IMG/VR virus record: IMGVR_UViG_3300044513_003239
Location: 1-33,462 of that record
Length of the DNA stretch: 33,462 nt
Reading direction: 5' to 3' (one strand)
Origin: a virus
Taxonomy: Duplodnaviria; Caudoviricetes
The notes below the pieces were generated by a model. It made no database searches and was not told the origin of the DNA. It was given only the letters and a program-made list of their open reading frames with translations. Shown here one piece after another: positions 1 through 10,300 of the stretch. Numbering within the stretch: position 1 is the first letter of the stretch; each line of letters begins with the position of its first letter. A program made the position numbers and the translations under genes.

Positions 1-26
1 ACTTCACCTAGATAATGTTGTATGAT
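1..26 (+). promoter_or_regulatory. Possible sigma70-type (early/host-like) promoter for the glycosyltransferase gene
   Basis: TATGAT at 21-26 is a -10-like hexamer. With a 17-nt spacer, the -35 hexamer would end at position 3 (..ACT, compatible with TTGACT), but it is cut by the window edge and cannot be confirmed. Confidence 0.3.
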
Positions 27-48
27 ACTGAAGTAATTACACTCTATT

Positions 49-807
49 ATGGCTAAAGGATTTACTGTAAAAGCAAAAGCGCCAGTAGTCAATAATTCCG
101 AACCAGAATGGGATTATGCTAAGGCAAGAGAAATGATCAAGGGGAAGTCTGTAGTCTTCTGTCTGCCTGGTCGCGGAGTTTCCTATACTTATCTGAAAGC
201 ATTTGTACAGCTCTGTTTTGATCTGGTACAGAACGGGGCAAGTATTCAGATCTCGCAGGACTATTCCTCGATGGTAAATTTCGCTCGTTGCAAATGTTTA
301 GGAGCGAATGTACTGCGTGGACCTGATCAGATTCCCTGGGATGGTAAGTTGAAATATGATTATCAGTTGTGGATTGATAGTGATATTGTTTTTAATACTG
401 AAAAGTTTTATCAACTTGTATTGATGGATCAAGACATCTCAGCAGGTTGGTATGCTACAGAGGACGGTCACACAACCTCAGTCGCCCACTGGTTGGATGA
501 GGATGATTTCCGTGGTAATGGTGGAGTGATGAATCATGAAACCGTTGAGAGTATCTCAAAGCGCAAAAAACCATTCACGGTAGACTACACAGGTTTCGGT
601 TGGTTGCTGATTAAACACGGAGTGTTTGAACACAATGATATGAAGTATCCTTGGTTTGCTCCGAAGATGCAAGTCTTTGAATCTGGAGAGGTTCAGGATA
701 TGTGTGGAGAAGACGTATCGTTCTGTTTAGATGCTAAAGAAGCAGGCTTTGAAATCTGGTGTGACCCTCGTATTAGAGTCGGTCACGAAAAGACAAGAGT
801 TATTTGA
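49..807 (+). CDS. GT-A fold (GT2-like) glycosyltransferase, 252 aa
   Basis: DxD motif in LWIDSDIVF, plus TGFGWLLIK, GEDVSFC and C-terminal GHEK, which are typical GT-A motifs. I recognise the family from T4-like cyanophages. Confidence 0.8.
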   Translation: MAKGFTVKAKAPVVNNSEPEWDYAKAREMIKGKSVVFCLPGRGVSYTYLKAFVQLCFDLVQNGASIQISQDYSSMVNFARCKCLGANVLRGPDQIPWDGKLKYDYQLWIDSDIVFNTEKFYQLVLMDQDISAGWYATEDGHTTSVAHWLDEDDFRGNGGVMNHETVESISKRKKPFTVDYTGFGWLLIKHGVFEHNDMKYPWFAPKMQVFESGEVQDMCGEDVSFCLDAKEAGFEIWCDPRIRVGHEKTRVI

Positions 808-811
808 TTTT

Positions 812-973
812 ATGGCTAACGAACGCTATAATATTCTCTGTAAGGGGAAGTTATTGCACTCAAACCTTACAGAAGAAGAATACATGGACACCATTGAGGA
901 CCTCGCTCAAAACTTTTACGAGGGAGGTTCTCCAAGTCCTGATGAAATTGAAACTGAAATTATTGGAGACTAA
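812..973 (+). CDS. Small acidic hypothetical protein, 53 aa (MANERYNILC...EIIGD)
   Basis: In-frame ATG at 812, 4 nt after the upstream stop. The track start at 731 would overlap the glycosyltransferase. 13 D/E versus 3 K/R. Confidence 0.75.
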   Translation: MANERYNILCKGKLLHSNLTEEEYMDTIEDLAQNFYEGGSPSPDEIETEIIGD

Positions 974-975
974 TT

Positions 976-1113
976 ATGGCTATTCGCAAGGGGCATGGAT
1001 ACGTTGAGGGCGCTCCCAAAAAATCTCGTCAAGGGACTGGGAAGCATACCAAGTATGCCGCAACGTCTCGTAATAAAGCACGCAAGCGTTATCGCGGACA
1101 AGGTAAAGGCTAA
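976..1113 (+). CDS. Small very basic protein, 45 aa (MAIRKGHGYVEGAPKKSRQGTGKHTKYAATSRNKARKRYRGQGKG); not in ORF track
   Basis: GGAG at 965-968, ATG at 976, TAA at 1111-1113 overlapping the next ATG (TAATG). It fills the gap exactly. The KKSRQGxGKHTKY...KRYRGQG pattern is one I recognise from marine phage small proteins. Confidence 0.85.
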   Translation: MAIRKGHGYVEGAPKKSRQGTGKHTKYAATSRNKARKRYRGQGKG

Positions 1114-1709
1114 TGTATCTAGAAGGTAATGAGGAATGGCGTCAAATACATTCTGAAGACCTTTGGATATACAATAAGTTAATCCTAAGTCAGGTTTTGG
1201 GTTATACATGTGGTCCTATTGGTACCACTGTTCCCAAACCTGACTTTTATATTGTGCGTCCATGTATGAATTTGTTAGGTATGGGGCGCTTTGCTCGGGT
1301 AGAATTCATTCACAAGTACACCGAACGTTTCCATCCAGCAGAATTTTGGTGTGAAATCTTCGATGGTGACCACATTAGTGTTGATTTTCAAAACAAAGAA
1401 CAAAAACTAACAGTTTTAGGGTGTCGTAATGAAGAAGATCCTCTTTACAGGTGGAATAAGTGGGAAAAAATCGATCAAAAAGTCAAATTCCCTTCAATTT
1501 TAGAAAAATTAAAGGGTAATTATGAATGGATTAACTGCGAATTCATTGGAAATCACTTAATAGAGGTTCATTTTCGCCAAAATCCAGACTTTAGGTATGG
1601 AAATTCAGAAGCAATACCAGTCTGGGAAAAGGATGAGAAAAAATTTAATGAAAATTACAAGTTTATTGAAGATTCTGACTTTTTGAGAAAAGGATTCTGG
1701 ATTAAATAG
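1113..1709 (+). CDS. Hypothetical protein with ATP-grasp-like motifs, 198 aa
   Basis: Motifs appear in ATP-grasp order: YIVRPCMNLLGMGRFA (cf. hhhKP..G.GG), FWCEIFDGDHISVDF (cf. hhQEhh.G.EhSVD), and INCEF...LIEVHFR (cf. hhEhNxR). The CDS is secure; the fold is inferred. Confidence 0.6.
   Translation: MYLEGNEEWRQIHSEDLWIYNKLILSQVLGYTCGPIGTTVPKPDFYIVRPCMNLLGMGRFARVEFIHKYTERFHPAEFWCEIFDGDHISVDFQNKEQKLTVLGCRNEEDPLYRWNKWEKIDQKVKFPSILEKLKGNYEWINCEFIGNHLIEVHFRQNPDFRYGNSEAIPVWEKDEKKFNENYKFIEDSDFLRKGFWIK
1701..1708 (+). promoter_or_regulatory. Possible T4-type late promoter variant (ATTAAATA)
   Basis: TAAATA core overlapping the upstream stop codon, directly before the structured leader of the 84-aa gene. 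Confidence 0.4.
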
Positions 1710-1713
1710 TACT

Positions 1714-1766
1714 AGGAGATAGCAACCTCCTCAAAAAAGTTCTGTTTTGTAGTCAAAACAGGAGCT
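1714..1766 (+). promoter_or_regulatory. Two-hairpin structured 5' leader (candidate cis-regulatory RNA)
   Basis: AGGAG(1714-1718)/CTCCT(1727-1731) closes loop ATAGCAAC, followed by an A-rich linker. CTGTTTTG(1742-1749)/CAAAACAG(1754-1761) closes loop TAGT and can be extended into the GGAG Shine-Dalgarno (1761-1764) of the ATG at 1770. Confidence 0.55.
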
Positions 1767-1769
1767 AAA

Positions 1770-2024
1770 ATGGCGAACTCACCAATTGATAGAGACAAAG
1801 AGTACATGAGAGAGATGTGGGGAACCACAAAATTGGTTACTGACTATGGTTCTATGCAAAATATGAATAAAAGAGTGCTTACAGAGGTAATGCATGACAC
1901 TGCACCACGTCATGATCTTAAAAAACAGACTGAATTGCACGAAAAAATCAGAAATGATGAAGATTATGATGATTGGACCTATGGAACAGAGCCAACATAT
2001 GGTTCTCCATGGGATGGGGCATAA
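1770..2024 (+). CDS. Hypothetical protein, 84 aa
   Basis: Good SD (AGGAG) and it fills the gap before gp25. Acidic/aromatic C-terminus DEDYDDWTYG. Confidence 0.8.
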   Translation: MANSPIDRDKEYMREMWGTTKLVTDYGSMQNMNKRVLTEVMHDTAPRHDLKKQTELHEKIRNDEDYDDWTYGTEPTYGSPWDGA

Positions 2025-2027
2025 ATA
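2020..2027 (+). promoter_or_regulatory. T4-type late promoter (CATAAATA) upstream of gp25
   Basis: Matches the NATAAATA late consensus about 32 nt before the gp25 ATG, at the head of the baseplate operon. Confidence 0.7.
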
Positions 2028-2059
2028 AATGTAGGAAATTTTTCGTTTTTCGGGTTTAG

Positions 2060-2461
2060 ATGGCTGTACAAAGGATATCTAGATCATTCAAAGATATTAG
2101 CCTATCCTTTGACCCACATCCAGTGACAAAGGATTTGCAAATATTGAAAAATGAGCGTGCTATTGTGAAGTCTATTCGCAATATTGTGCAAACTATACCT
2201 ACAGAAAGGTTTTTTAACCCATTATTTGGGTCTGATGTTAGGTCTAGTCTATTTGATTTTGTTGATTTTGGTACAGCGTCTATAATTGAGTCTCAAATTA
2301 TTGAATCTATTAGAAATTTTGAGCCGAGAGTCAATAATGTGGTAGTTTCTGTTCTACCACTTCCCGATACAAACGAATTTGAAGTTGAAGTTTCTTTTGA
2401 TATTGTAGGTCAAGAATTTCCGACTCAACAATTTACGTTTTTATTAGAGGCAACCAGGTAA
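2060..2461 (+). CDS. gp25: Baseplate wedge subunit gp25, 133 aa
   Basis: FKDISLSF..HPVTKD, SIRNIVQTIPTERFFNPLFGS and IRNFEPRV are GPW/gp25 family motifs; lies directly upstream of gp6. Confidence 0.93.
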   Translation: MAVQRISRSFKDISLSFDPHPVTKDLQILKNERAIVKSIRNIVQTIPTERFFNPLFGSDVRSSLFDFVDFGTASIIESQIIESIRNFEPRVNNVVVSVLPLPDTNEFEVEVSFDIVGQEFPTQQFTFLLEATR

Positions 2462-2462
2462 A

Positions 2463-4376
2463 ATGCCTTTTACAAAATTTACAAATCTAGACTTTGACCA
2501 GATAAAGACATCCATCAAGGACTATCTCCGTGCTAATTCTACATTCACGGATTTTGACTTTGATGGATCTAATTTTTCGGTCTTAATCGATACGTTAGCG
2601 TATAATACATACATCAATGCATTTAACTCTAATATGATTGTGAATGAATCCTTCTTGGATTCTGCAACACTCAGAGAAAATGTTGTTTCATTAGCAAGAA
2701 ACATTGGTTACGTACCTCGCTCCAGAACCGCCTCTAAGGCGCGTGTTTCTTTCGATGTACAAACATCAAGCTCATCGGAAACAATCACCTTACAACCTGG
2801 TCTGGTGTGCATTGGTGACGTAAATGGAGAAACATATACCTTCTCAATCTCTGAAAGCATCTCAACAACCATATCCAATGGGTCTGCTAGTTTTAGTGGT
2901 GTTGATGTTTATCAGGGAACATATTTAACAAAGCAATTTGTAGTCGATGGTTCTTTAGATCAAAAGTTTGTCTTAGATAATTCTTATATTGATACTTCAA
3001 CTATTGTTGTTTATGTAAAGGGTCCTGTAGATTCTGGTTTAGGAAGAGAATATAGACTTGTAGATAATATCTTAAACATTTCATCAACTTCAGAAATTTA
3101 TCTAATTCAAGAAGTTCAGGATGAAAAGTATGAATTGTTGTTTGGTGATGGATATTTCGGTAAAAAATTAGAAAATGGTAGTGTTGTAACAGTCAATTAT
3201 ATTGTAACTGATGGTGTAGAGGGAAATGGGGCATCAGTTTTCAATTTTGCTGGAAGTTTAAGAGGTTCCTCAGACGAAATTATTGTACCGACATCAACTA
3301 TCGGTATTGTAACAAATCAAAAGTCTCAAAATGGGTCTGATATTGAGTCAATAAATTCTATCAAATATTTTGCTCCAAGAGCATATGAATCTCAGCATAG
3401 AGCAGTAACTGCTAGAGATTATGAATCTATAATTAAAAAAATATATCCAAGTACAGAGTCTATTTCTGTTATTGGTGGTGAAGACATGGATCCACCAGAA
3501 TATGGAACCGTTACACTAAGCATTAAACCAAAAAATGGGTCTTTTGTTTCGGATTTTGATAAATCACAAATTCTTTCAAAATTAAAGCAATACACAATAT
3601 CTGGTATAAATCCAAAAATTGTTGATCTGAAAACGCTATATGTTGAAATAAATTCTTCTGTTTACTATAATGCTTCTCAGGTTTCTGCTGTTGATTCTTT
3701 AAAAACAAAGGTAGAAAATTCCTTAACAAAATATTCCCAGTCAGTAGATCTCAATAAATTTGGGGGTAGATTTAAATATAGTAAAGTACTTCAAGTAATA
3801 GACAATACAGATTCTGCAATTACTTCTAATATTACAAAAGTAATAATTAGGAGAGATCTAAAGGCCCTATTAAATCAATTTGCACAATATGAAATTTGCT
3901 ATGGAAATAGATTTCATATTAATCCAAACGGATTTAATATAAAATCTACTGGTTTCAAAATCTCGACAGATGCGGACACGGTATATCTAACAGATACTCC
4001 CAATAAAACATCTACTGGAGAATTAGATGGTAGTAATATGGGCGTTTTATCTGTCGTTAAACCACTAGATGATGGTACTTACAGTGTTGTTAGTAAATCT
4101 GCTGGAATAATAGATTATGCTAAGGGAGAACTAATTTTAAATACGATCAATATAACTTCAACAAGTTTGAAGGACTCTATAATTGAAATTCAAGCGTATC
4201 CAGAATCTAATGACGTAGTTGGATTAAAAGATTTGTATCTATCATTTAACATCTCAAAAAGTTCCATAAATATGGTGAGAGACGTTATATCTTCCGGAGA
4301 TAACATATCTGGTGTTGAATTTATTAATAATTACTATACATCAAGCTATTCAAATGGGGAGCTAAAGAGGTTGTAA
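2463..4376 (+). CDS. gp6: Baseplate wedge subunit gp6, 637 aa
   Basis: LDFDQIK...FTDFDFDGSNFSVLIDTLAYNT...ESFLDSATLRENVVSLARNIGYVPRS and RAVTARDYE are T4 gp6 motifs; size is comparable to T4 gp6. Confidence 0.95.
   Translation: MPFTKFTNLDFDQIKTSIKDYLRANSTFTDFDFDGSNFSVLIDTLAYNTYINAFNSNMIVNESFLDSATLRENVVSLARNIGYVPRSRTASKARVSFDVQTSSSSETITLQPGLVCIGDVNGETYTFSISESISTTISNGSASFSGVDVYQGTYLTKQFVVDGSLDQKFVLDNSYIDTSTIVVYVKGPVDSGLGREYRLVDNILNISSTSEIYLIQEVQDEKYELLFGDGYFGKKLENGSVVTVNYIVTDGVEGNGASVFNFAGSLRGSSDEIIVPTSTIGIVTNQKSQNGSDIESINSIKYFAPRAYESQHRAVTARDYESIIKKIYPSTESISVIGGEDMDPPEYGTVTLSIKPKNGSFVSDFDKSQILSKLKQYTISGINPKIVDLKTLYVEINSSVYYNASQVSAVDSLKTKVENSLTKYSQSVDLNKFGGRFKYSKVLQVIDNTDSAITSNITKVIIRRDLKALLNQFAQYEICYGNRFHINPNGFNIKSTGFKISTDADTVYLTDTPNKTSTGELDGSNMGVLSVVKPLDDGTYSVVSKSAGIIDYAKGELILNTINITSTSLKDSIIEIQAYPESNDVVGLKDLYLSFNISKSSINMVRDVISSGDNISGVEFINNYYTSSYSNGELKRL
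4265..4272 (+). promoter_or_regulatory. Candidate internal late promoter (CATAAATA) in the 3' end of gp6
   Basis: NATAAATA match 105 nt upstream of the giant gp7-like gene. The AT-rich context makes a chance match possible. Confidence 0.45.
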
Positions 4377-4377
4377 T

Positions 4378-7300
4378 ATGATCAAAACAGGATTTGAGAC
4401 AAGAGTAAAAGTACATCAAATAATTGAAAATCAACTTCCAGAATTTATTTTAGACGAAAGTCCAAAAGCTGCAGAGTTTTTAAAACAATATTATCTTTCC
4501 CAAGAATATCAGGGCGGTGTATCTGATATTTCTGAGAATTTAGACCAATATTTGAAATTAGACAATTTAACTCCAGAAGTAGTTGTAGATCATTCCACCC
4601 TTTCCAATTCGATTGGAGAGGATGATGCTGTTATTGTAGTATCATCTACAAAAGGGTTTCCACAAAAATATGGTCTAATAAAAATTGACGATGAAGTAAT
4701 TACATATACTGATAGTACCTCAACATCTTTTATTGGATGTGTTAGAGGATTTAGTGGAATAACAACATATCATAGTGTTGATAATCCAGGAGAATTAGTT
4801 TTTGAATCAACAACTTCAACCTCACATGAATCCGGAACAACTATACAAAATTTAAGTTCCCTATTTTTGAGAGAATTTTATAAAAAATTAAAATTCTCTT
4901 TAGCTCCAGGATTAGAAGATTTAAATTTTGTTGATGGGTTAAATGTTGGTAATTTTATTAAAGAAGCAAAAACATTATACAAATCAAAAGGAACCGAAGA
5001 ATCCTTCAAGATATTATTCAATATTTTGTATGGAGTAACACCAAAAATAATTAATCTTGAAAATTATTTGATAAAACCATCTTCCTCAGAATATTTGAGA
5101 AGAGAAATTGTAGTTGCTGAAGTAATTTCTGGTGATCCAACAAAACTTGTTGGACAAACAATAAAACAATCCGATAATGATAAAATATTTGCTTCGGTAT
5201 CTGGGGTAGATTCTTTAACTAGAAAGAATATAACATATTATCAATTATCTTTGTTTGTCGGATCTGACGAAGATTCTATTTCAAAAACTTCATTCACGGT
5301 ACCTGGTAGAAGTTTAGTATCTGATAAAGTAGGAGAAGGATCTTCAATCATAACAGTAGATTCTACTGTAGGATTTCCAAATAGTGGAGATCTTATAATT
5401 GGCAATTTAAATATTAAGTATACAAGTAAAAGTGTTAATCAATTTTATGGGTGTTCTGGTATAACAGAACCTATTGATGTAAAAACCCCAGTTAGATCAA
5501 ATCTCTTTGCCTATGGATATGAAAATGGAGATCTAACTAAGAAAGTAGAATTAAGATTAACTGGTATTATATCATCATTTGTCTCAGACTCATCAAATGT
5601 TGGTATTGAAGAGGGTGATTTTGTATATGTTAAAAATCTTGGAGAAATTGTAGAAAATCCAGATCAAAATAAAACATATAAGCAAAAAATTATTAATAGT
5701 TGGATTTATAACACAAGCTCAAGATATGCAATATCTTCTATAGATGGTTCAACTTTTGTACTTGGCAGTAAGGTTGATAAATCTAGTTTAAAAGTTGGTG
5801 ATAGAGTAGAAATTCTAATTAAGGACAGTGACACTGTTGCCTCTTCATTAACTGATGTACCTTTTATACAGTCCATTAGTAGACAAAATAATCAGGTAAT
5901 CGTTGGTAATTTGACTGGATTTGAGTATAATCCAAATTTAAGATATGATTTACGTAGAAAATTAAACAAAGCATCTAGCACAAATGTGCCTATTGAATTT
6001 GGGAATGGTTTAGTTTTATCAGATATCCAAAATGTTTATAATGATTCTGATGAATACATTTATGTAGCATCAAATTCATTACCATCATATACGATTACTA
6101 AAGATATTTTTGAAATATCTATTTCAGAAGCTTCTGAACCAGCACTTCAATCTTATGATATTTTAACTGAAAAATATTCTGTAATTTCATTCCCATCAAA
6201 TGTACCCTTCATAACTGGTGATGAAATCTATTATTATCCAGAGTCAAATGCTATTCCTGGTCTTGAAGAGGGTGTTTACTATGTTGAAGTTCTTTCCGAA
6301 CCAAACCAAGTAAGATTATATAATTCCAGATCTTTTATAGGGTCAATTAATTATTTAAAATTTGAATCACTTCCTTCTGGATCTGGATCTCATAATTTTG
6401 TTTTGAATGCTCAGAAAAATGGAATTATTTCTCCACAAAAAATATTAAGGAAGTTTCCATTATCCACAAATATATCTGATGGTATATCTGACGATACTGC
6501 TCCTGGTTTTACAGGAATGCTAGTAAATGGTGTAGAAATATCAAATTACAAATCTAACGAAAGAATATATTATGGACCAGTTGATTCTGTAAAAGTTATT
6601 AATGGTGGTAGTGAATATGATGTTGTTAATCCACCACAAATAGAAGTTTCAGATCCATCTGGAAGTGGAGCAAAAATACAACCAGTCATTAGAGGATTTG
6701 TAGAGAAGGTAATTGTAGATCCACAAATTATAAGTCTAGATTCAATAGTTTCTATTGCCTTAACTGGTGGAAATGGTAGTGGAGCTTCATTCTACCCAGT
6801 ATTAAACACCAAAAAATATAGAGATATTGAATTTAGTGCAAAGTTATCAGATGATAATGGTGGAGTTGATATCGGATATGATACAATCACATTTTTAGAC
6901 AAGCACTTTTTAAATAATGGTGATTTAATCACATATGATAAAAATGGCAATGATGCTATAGGTGTTGGTACTTTTGATGGATCTAATTCCGACACCGGAT
7001 TAAGATTAACAGATAAATCGCAGTATTATTGTGAAGTTGTTAATGATACAACTATTAGATTGTATGAAAACTCTAAAGATCTTGAAGTTGGAATTAATAC
7101 TGTAGGTTTTACAAATTATGGTAATGCAGGTATTCACAAATTTAGAACTGCTGACCCAAGAGTTGTACTTAAAGATATTGTTGTTCTAGATTCTGGTCAA
7201 AACTATGAAAATAGAAAGTTAATTGTAAAACCAGTCAATATATCAACAACGTATAATACTGTAAACTTTGATAATCATGGATTCAATGATGGTGATTTGA

Positions 7301-10300
7301 TAAGATATGAGTATGAAACATCTTCCATCTCGGGATTATCTACAACTACGAACTATAAAGTTCTAAAATTAGATGATAATAGTTTTAGAATCTGTGAGGA
7401 TAAAACAGAATCTGGACATACTCTTTCAAATTATGAAAGGAAAAAATATTTAGAATTTGGAAGTGCAGGTACTGGATATCAATATTTCAAATATCCAGAC
7501 ATTAATTTTTCTATTAATTATTCGACAGTTGGTGTTGGTACAACTGCAAAAGTTGTTGGTGTACTAACAGCAACTCCTGTAATACGTGGAGAAGTTGTTG
7601 ATGCATATTTGTATGAAGGTGGTTCTAATTATGGATCAAAAACTTTAAATCTCCATAGAAAACCAAAAATTACAGTAAAGAATGGAAAAAATGCAGAAAT
7701 AAAACCAATCGTCATAAATGGATCTCTATCAAAAGCAATTGTCCAATATGGCGGATCTGAATACTATTCCACCCCAGATTTGGTTGTAGTTGGTGATGGT
7801 GATGGTGCATCTCTTAGACCAATAATAGAAAATGGAAAAATAAAGGAAGTTATCGTCATTAATTCTGGAATAGGGTATACTCAAGAAACCACTAGTATTT
7901 CTGTAAGACCTTCCGGAAAAAATCTTATTTTAGATACAGATATTAGATATCTTTCTTTAAACAAAAATAAAAAATATGGTAATGAAATTCTAGATATTGG
8001 ATCCAATGGAATTCAATACAGTGTCACTGCGTATGATTCTAAGATTCAAAGTCATTTTAAAGATACTGATGTAACCAAGCATTCACCAATTATTGGATGG
8101 GCTTATGATGGAAACCCAATTTATGGTCCATATGGATATTCAGACTCGAAGGATATTGACTCACCAACAAAATTACTTTCAACTGGATATGAATTAGATG
8201 AAAGTAATTTATATAACAGACCATCAGATTTTGAACCTGGATTTTTTGCAGATGATTATAGATATACTGGATCTGGAGATCTTGATGAACACAATGGAAG
8301 ATTTTGCAAAACTCCAGAGTTTCCAAATGGGGTTTATGCATATTTCGCAACTCTCAATAGTCAAAATGTAGGGATTTCATCTTTCCCATATTTCATTGGT
8401 AATAGTTATAGATCTAAGTATGATAAAGATAATATTACATTAAATCAATCTTTTGATTTCAACAATTCTTCTTTAATAAGAAATACTTTCCCATATAAAT
8501 TAAGAGATTCTCAAGCAAATAATGACTTTATATTCGAATCTTATGATTATTACGACCAAAGATCTGAAATAGAATCTATTTTTGGTTCTTCTATTGAAAA
8601 TATAGAAATCATTGGTGTTGGTACTGACTATAAGGTAGGAGATAAATTATTATTTGATAATTCCAACACTAATGGATCTGGATTAAAAGTTATTGTTTCT
8701 GAAGTTGGTGGTAAAAATATTACCAATTTAAATACATCGATTGAAAAATATTCAAATTCTGTAGTTTCTTGGAAAAATGAATCAACTTTAGAATTTAAGA
8801 TCGAACCATATCACAATTTAATAGATGGTGACTATGTATCCGTAACCGGAATTGCTACATCACCATTAAAGAATATTACATCCCTTAACAAGATTGGAAT
8901 TGTATCTTTTACAACAATTCTCTCTAAGGATATTCCATCGAATTCTACTACTGGTCTAGCGACAGACGTTTATGTTAATAATATTCCTTCAGATGTATCA
9001 ATTGGAAGTAGTGTAAAGATAGGATCAGAAATTACATCACTTTTAAACATTTTCCCAGAACAGAAAATTATTAGAGTTAGAAGAGATGTAGGTTCTTCAC
9101 ATAGCACATCAACTGAAGTTTATTTCATACCAGACAAATTTACTATTTCATCCAATAACTCATATTTTGAATCTGAAGCAAATAAAAAAGTTTTCTTTAA
9201 ACCATCAGAATCTGTTGGATTTGGATTGAGTGTTGGTGTAACTTCAACTACTACTTTTGCGTTAGGAGTCACAACCACAGGAGTATCAACATACGCAAGA
9301 ACAATCCAATCCCAATCTCTTTATGTTAAGGATCACGGTTTTAAAGATAATCAAAAAGTTATTTTAAGAAAACCAAGTTCTTCATATTCTTCACTTTCAG
9401 TATCAACTTCATATTCAGGTTCACCTTTCAACTTGCCAGAAAGTGGAACTTCTCAGGTTGTTTATATTACCAACAAAACAAAAAATACAATAGGAATTAA
9501 AACTTCAATAAATTCCTCCGAAGTATTTTTCGTAAGTGATGGTGGATCAGCAGATAGCTATGAATATTCATTAGAAACAGATTATTCCAAAATAACTTCT
9601 GGAATTGAAAAGATAAAGACAGTTGTTTCTGTTTCAACATCCCATAGTCTAAGAAATGGTGATAAGATTAGACTTACAGTTAATCCAGAAAAAACTGTAG
9701 GAATTCAAACTTTTAATTCAGTTTATGTAAAATTTGATGAAGGATCTCAAAATCTTATCATTAATCCTATCGGTTTTAGTTCATCTGTTGTAGATACAAC
9801 CTATGATCAGATTAACTTATCAAGTCATCAATTGAAAACAGGGGACAAAGTATATTACAGCTCTGAAGATTTAGTTTCTAGTGGATTAACAACGGGTTCA
9901 TATTATGTCTATAAAGTTGATAGTAATTCAATAAAACTATGTGAAACTTACATAGATTCTATTTCAAATCCACCAAAGACTGTAAGTATAGCATCCACTG
10001 GTGGTTTAAACCAAGAGTTGGGATTGGTAAATCCAGAATTATCAACCATTAGAAATAATAGTTTAAAATTTGATCTTTCGGACACTTCTTTGTATGGATA
10101 TGATTTCAAACTTTATTATGATGAAGATTTCCAAGATGAATTCCTTTCAGTAGAATCTTCATCAGATTTTGTAGTTTCTGGAGTTGGTACTGTTGGGTTA
10201 TCAACTAATGCAAGTCTAACATTAAATTATCTCGACCAGATCCCACAAAAATTATTCTACAGTCTTATAACTCCAGCAGGTTATATAAGTACATCAGATA

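Noticed and set aside
731-811. Track start at 731 for the 80-aa ORF
   Set aside because: Overlaps the glycosyltransferase by 77 nt; the ATG at 812 right after the stop is more plausible.
804-1007. 67-aa plus-strand ORF
   Set aside because: Out-of-frame overlap with the better-supported 812-973 and 976-1113 genes.
970-1209. 79-aa minus-strand ORF
   Set aside because: Antisense to two plus-strand genes with SD and coupling signals; no recognisable features.
1742-1761. Second hairpin as a rho-independent terminator
   Set aside because: No U-tract follows on the plus strand and the stem runs into the SD of the next gene, which fits translational control better.
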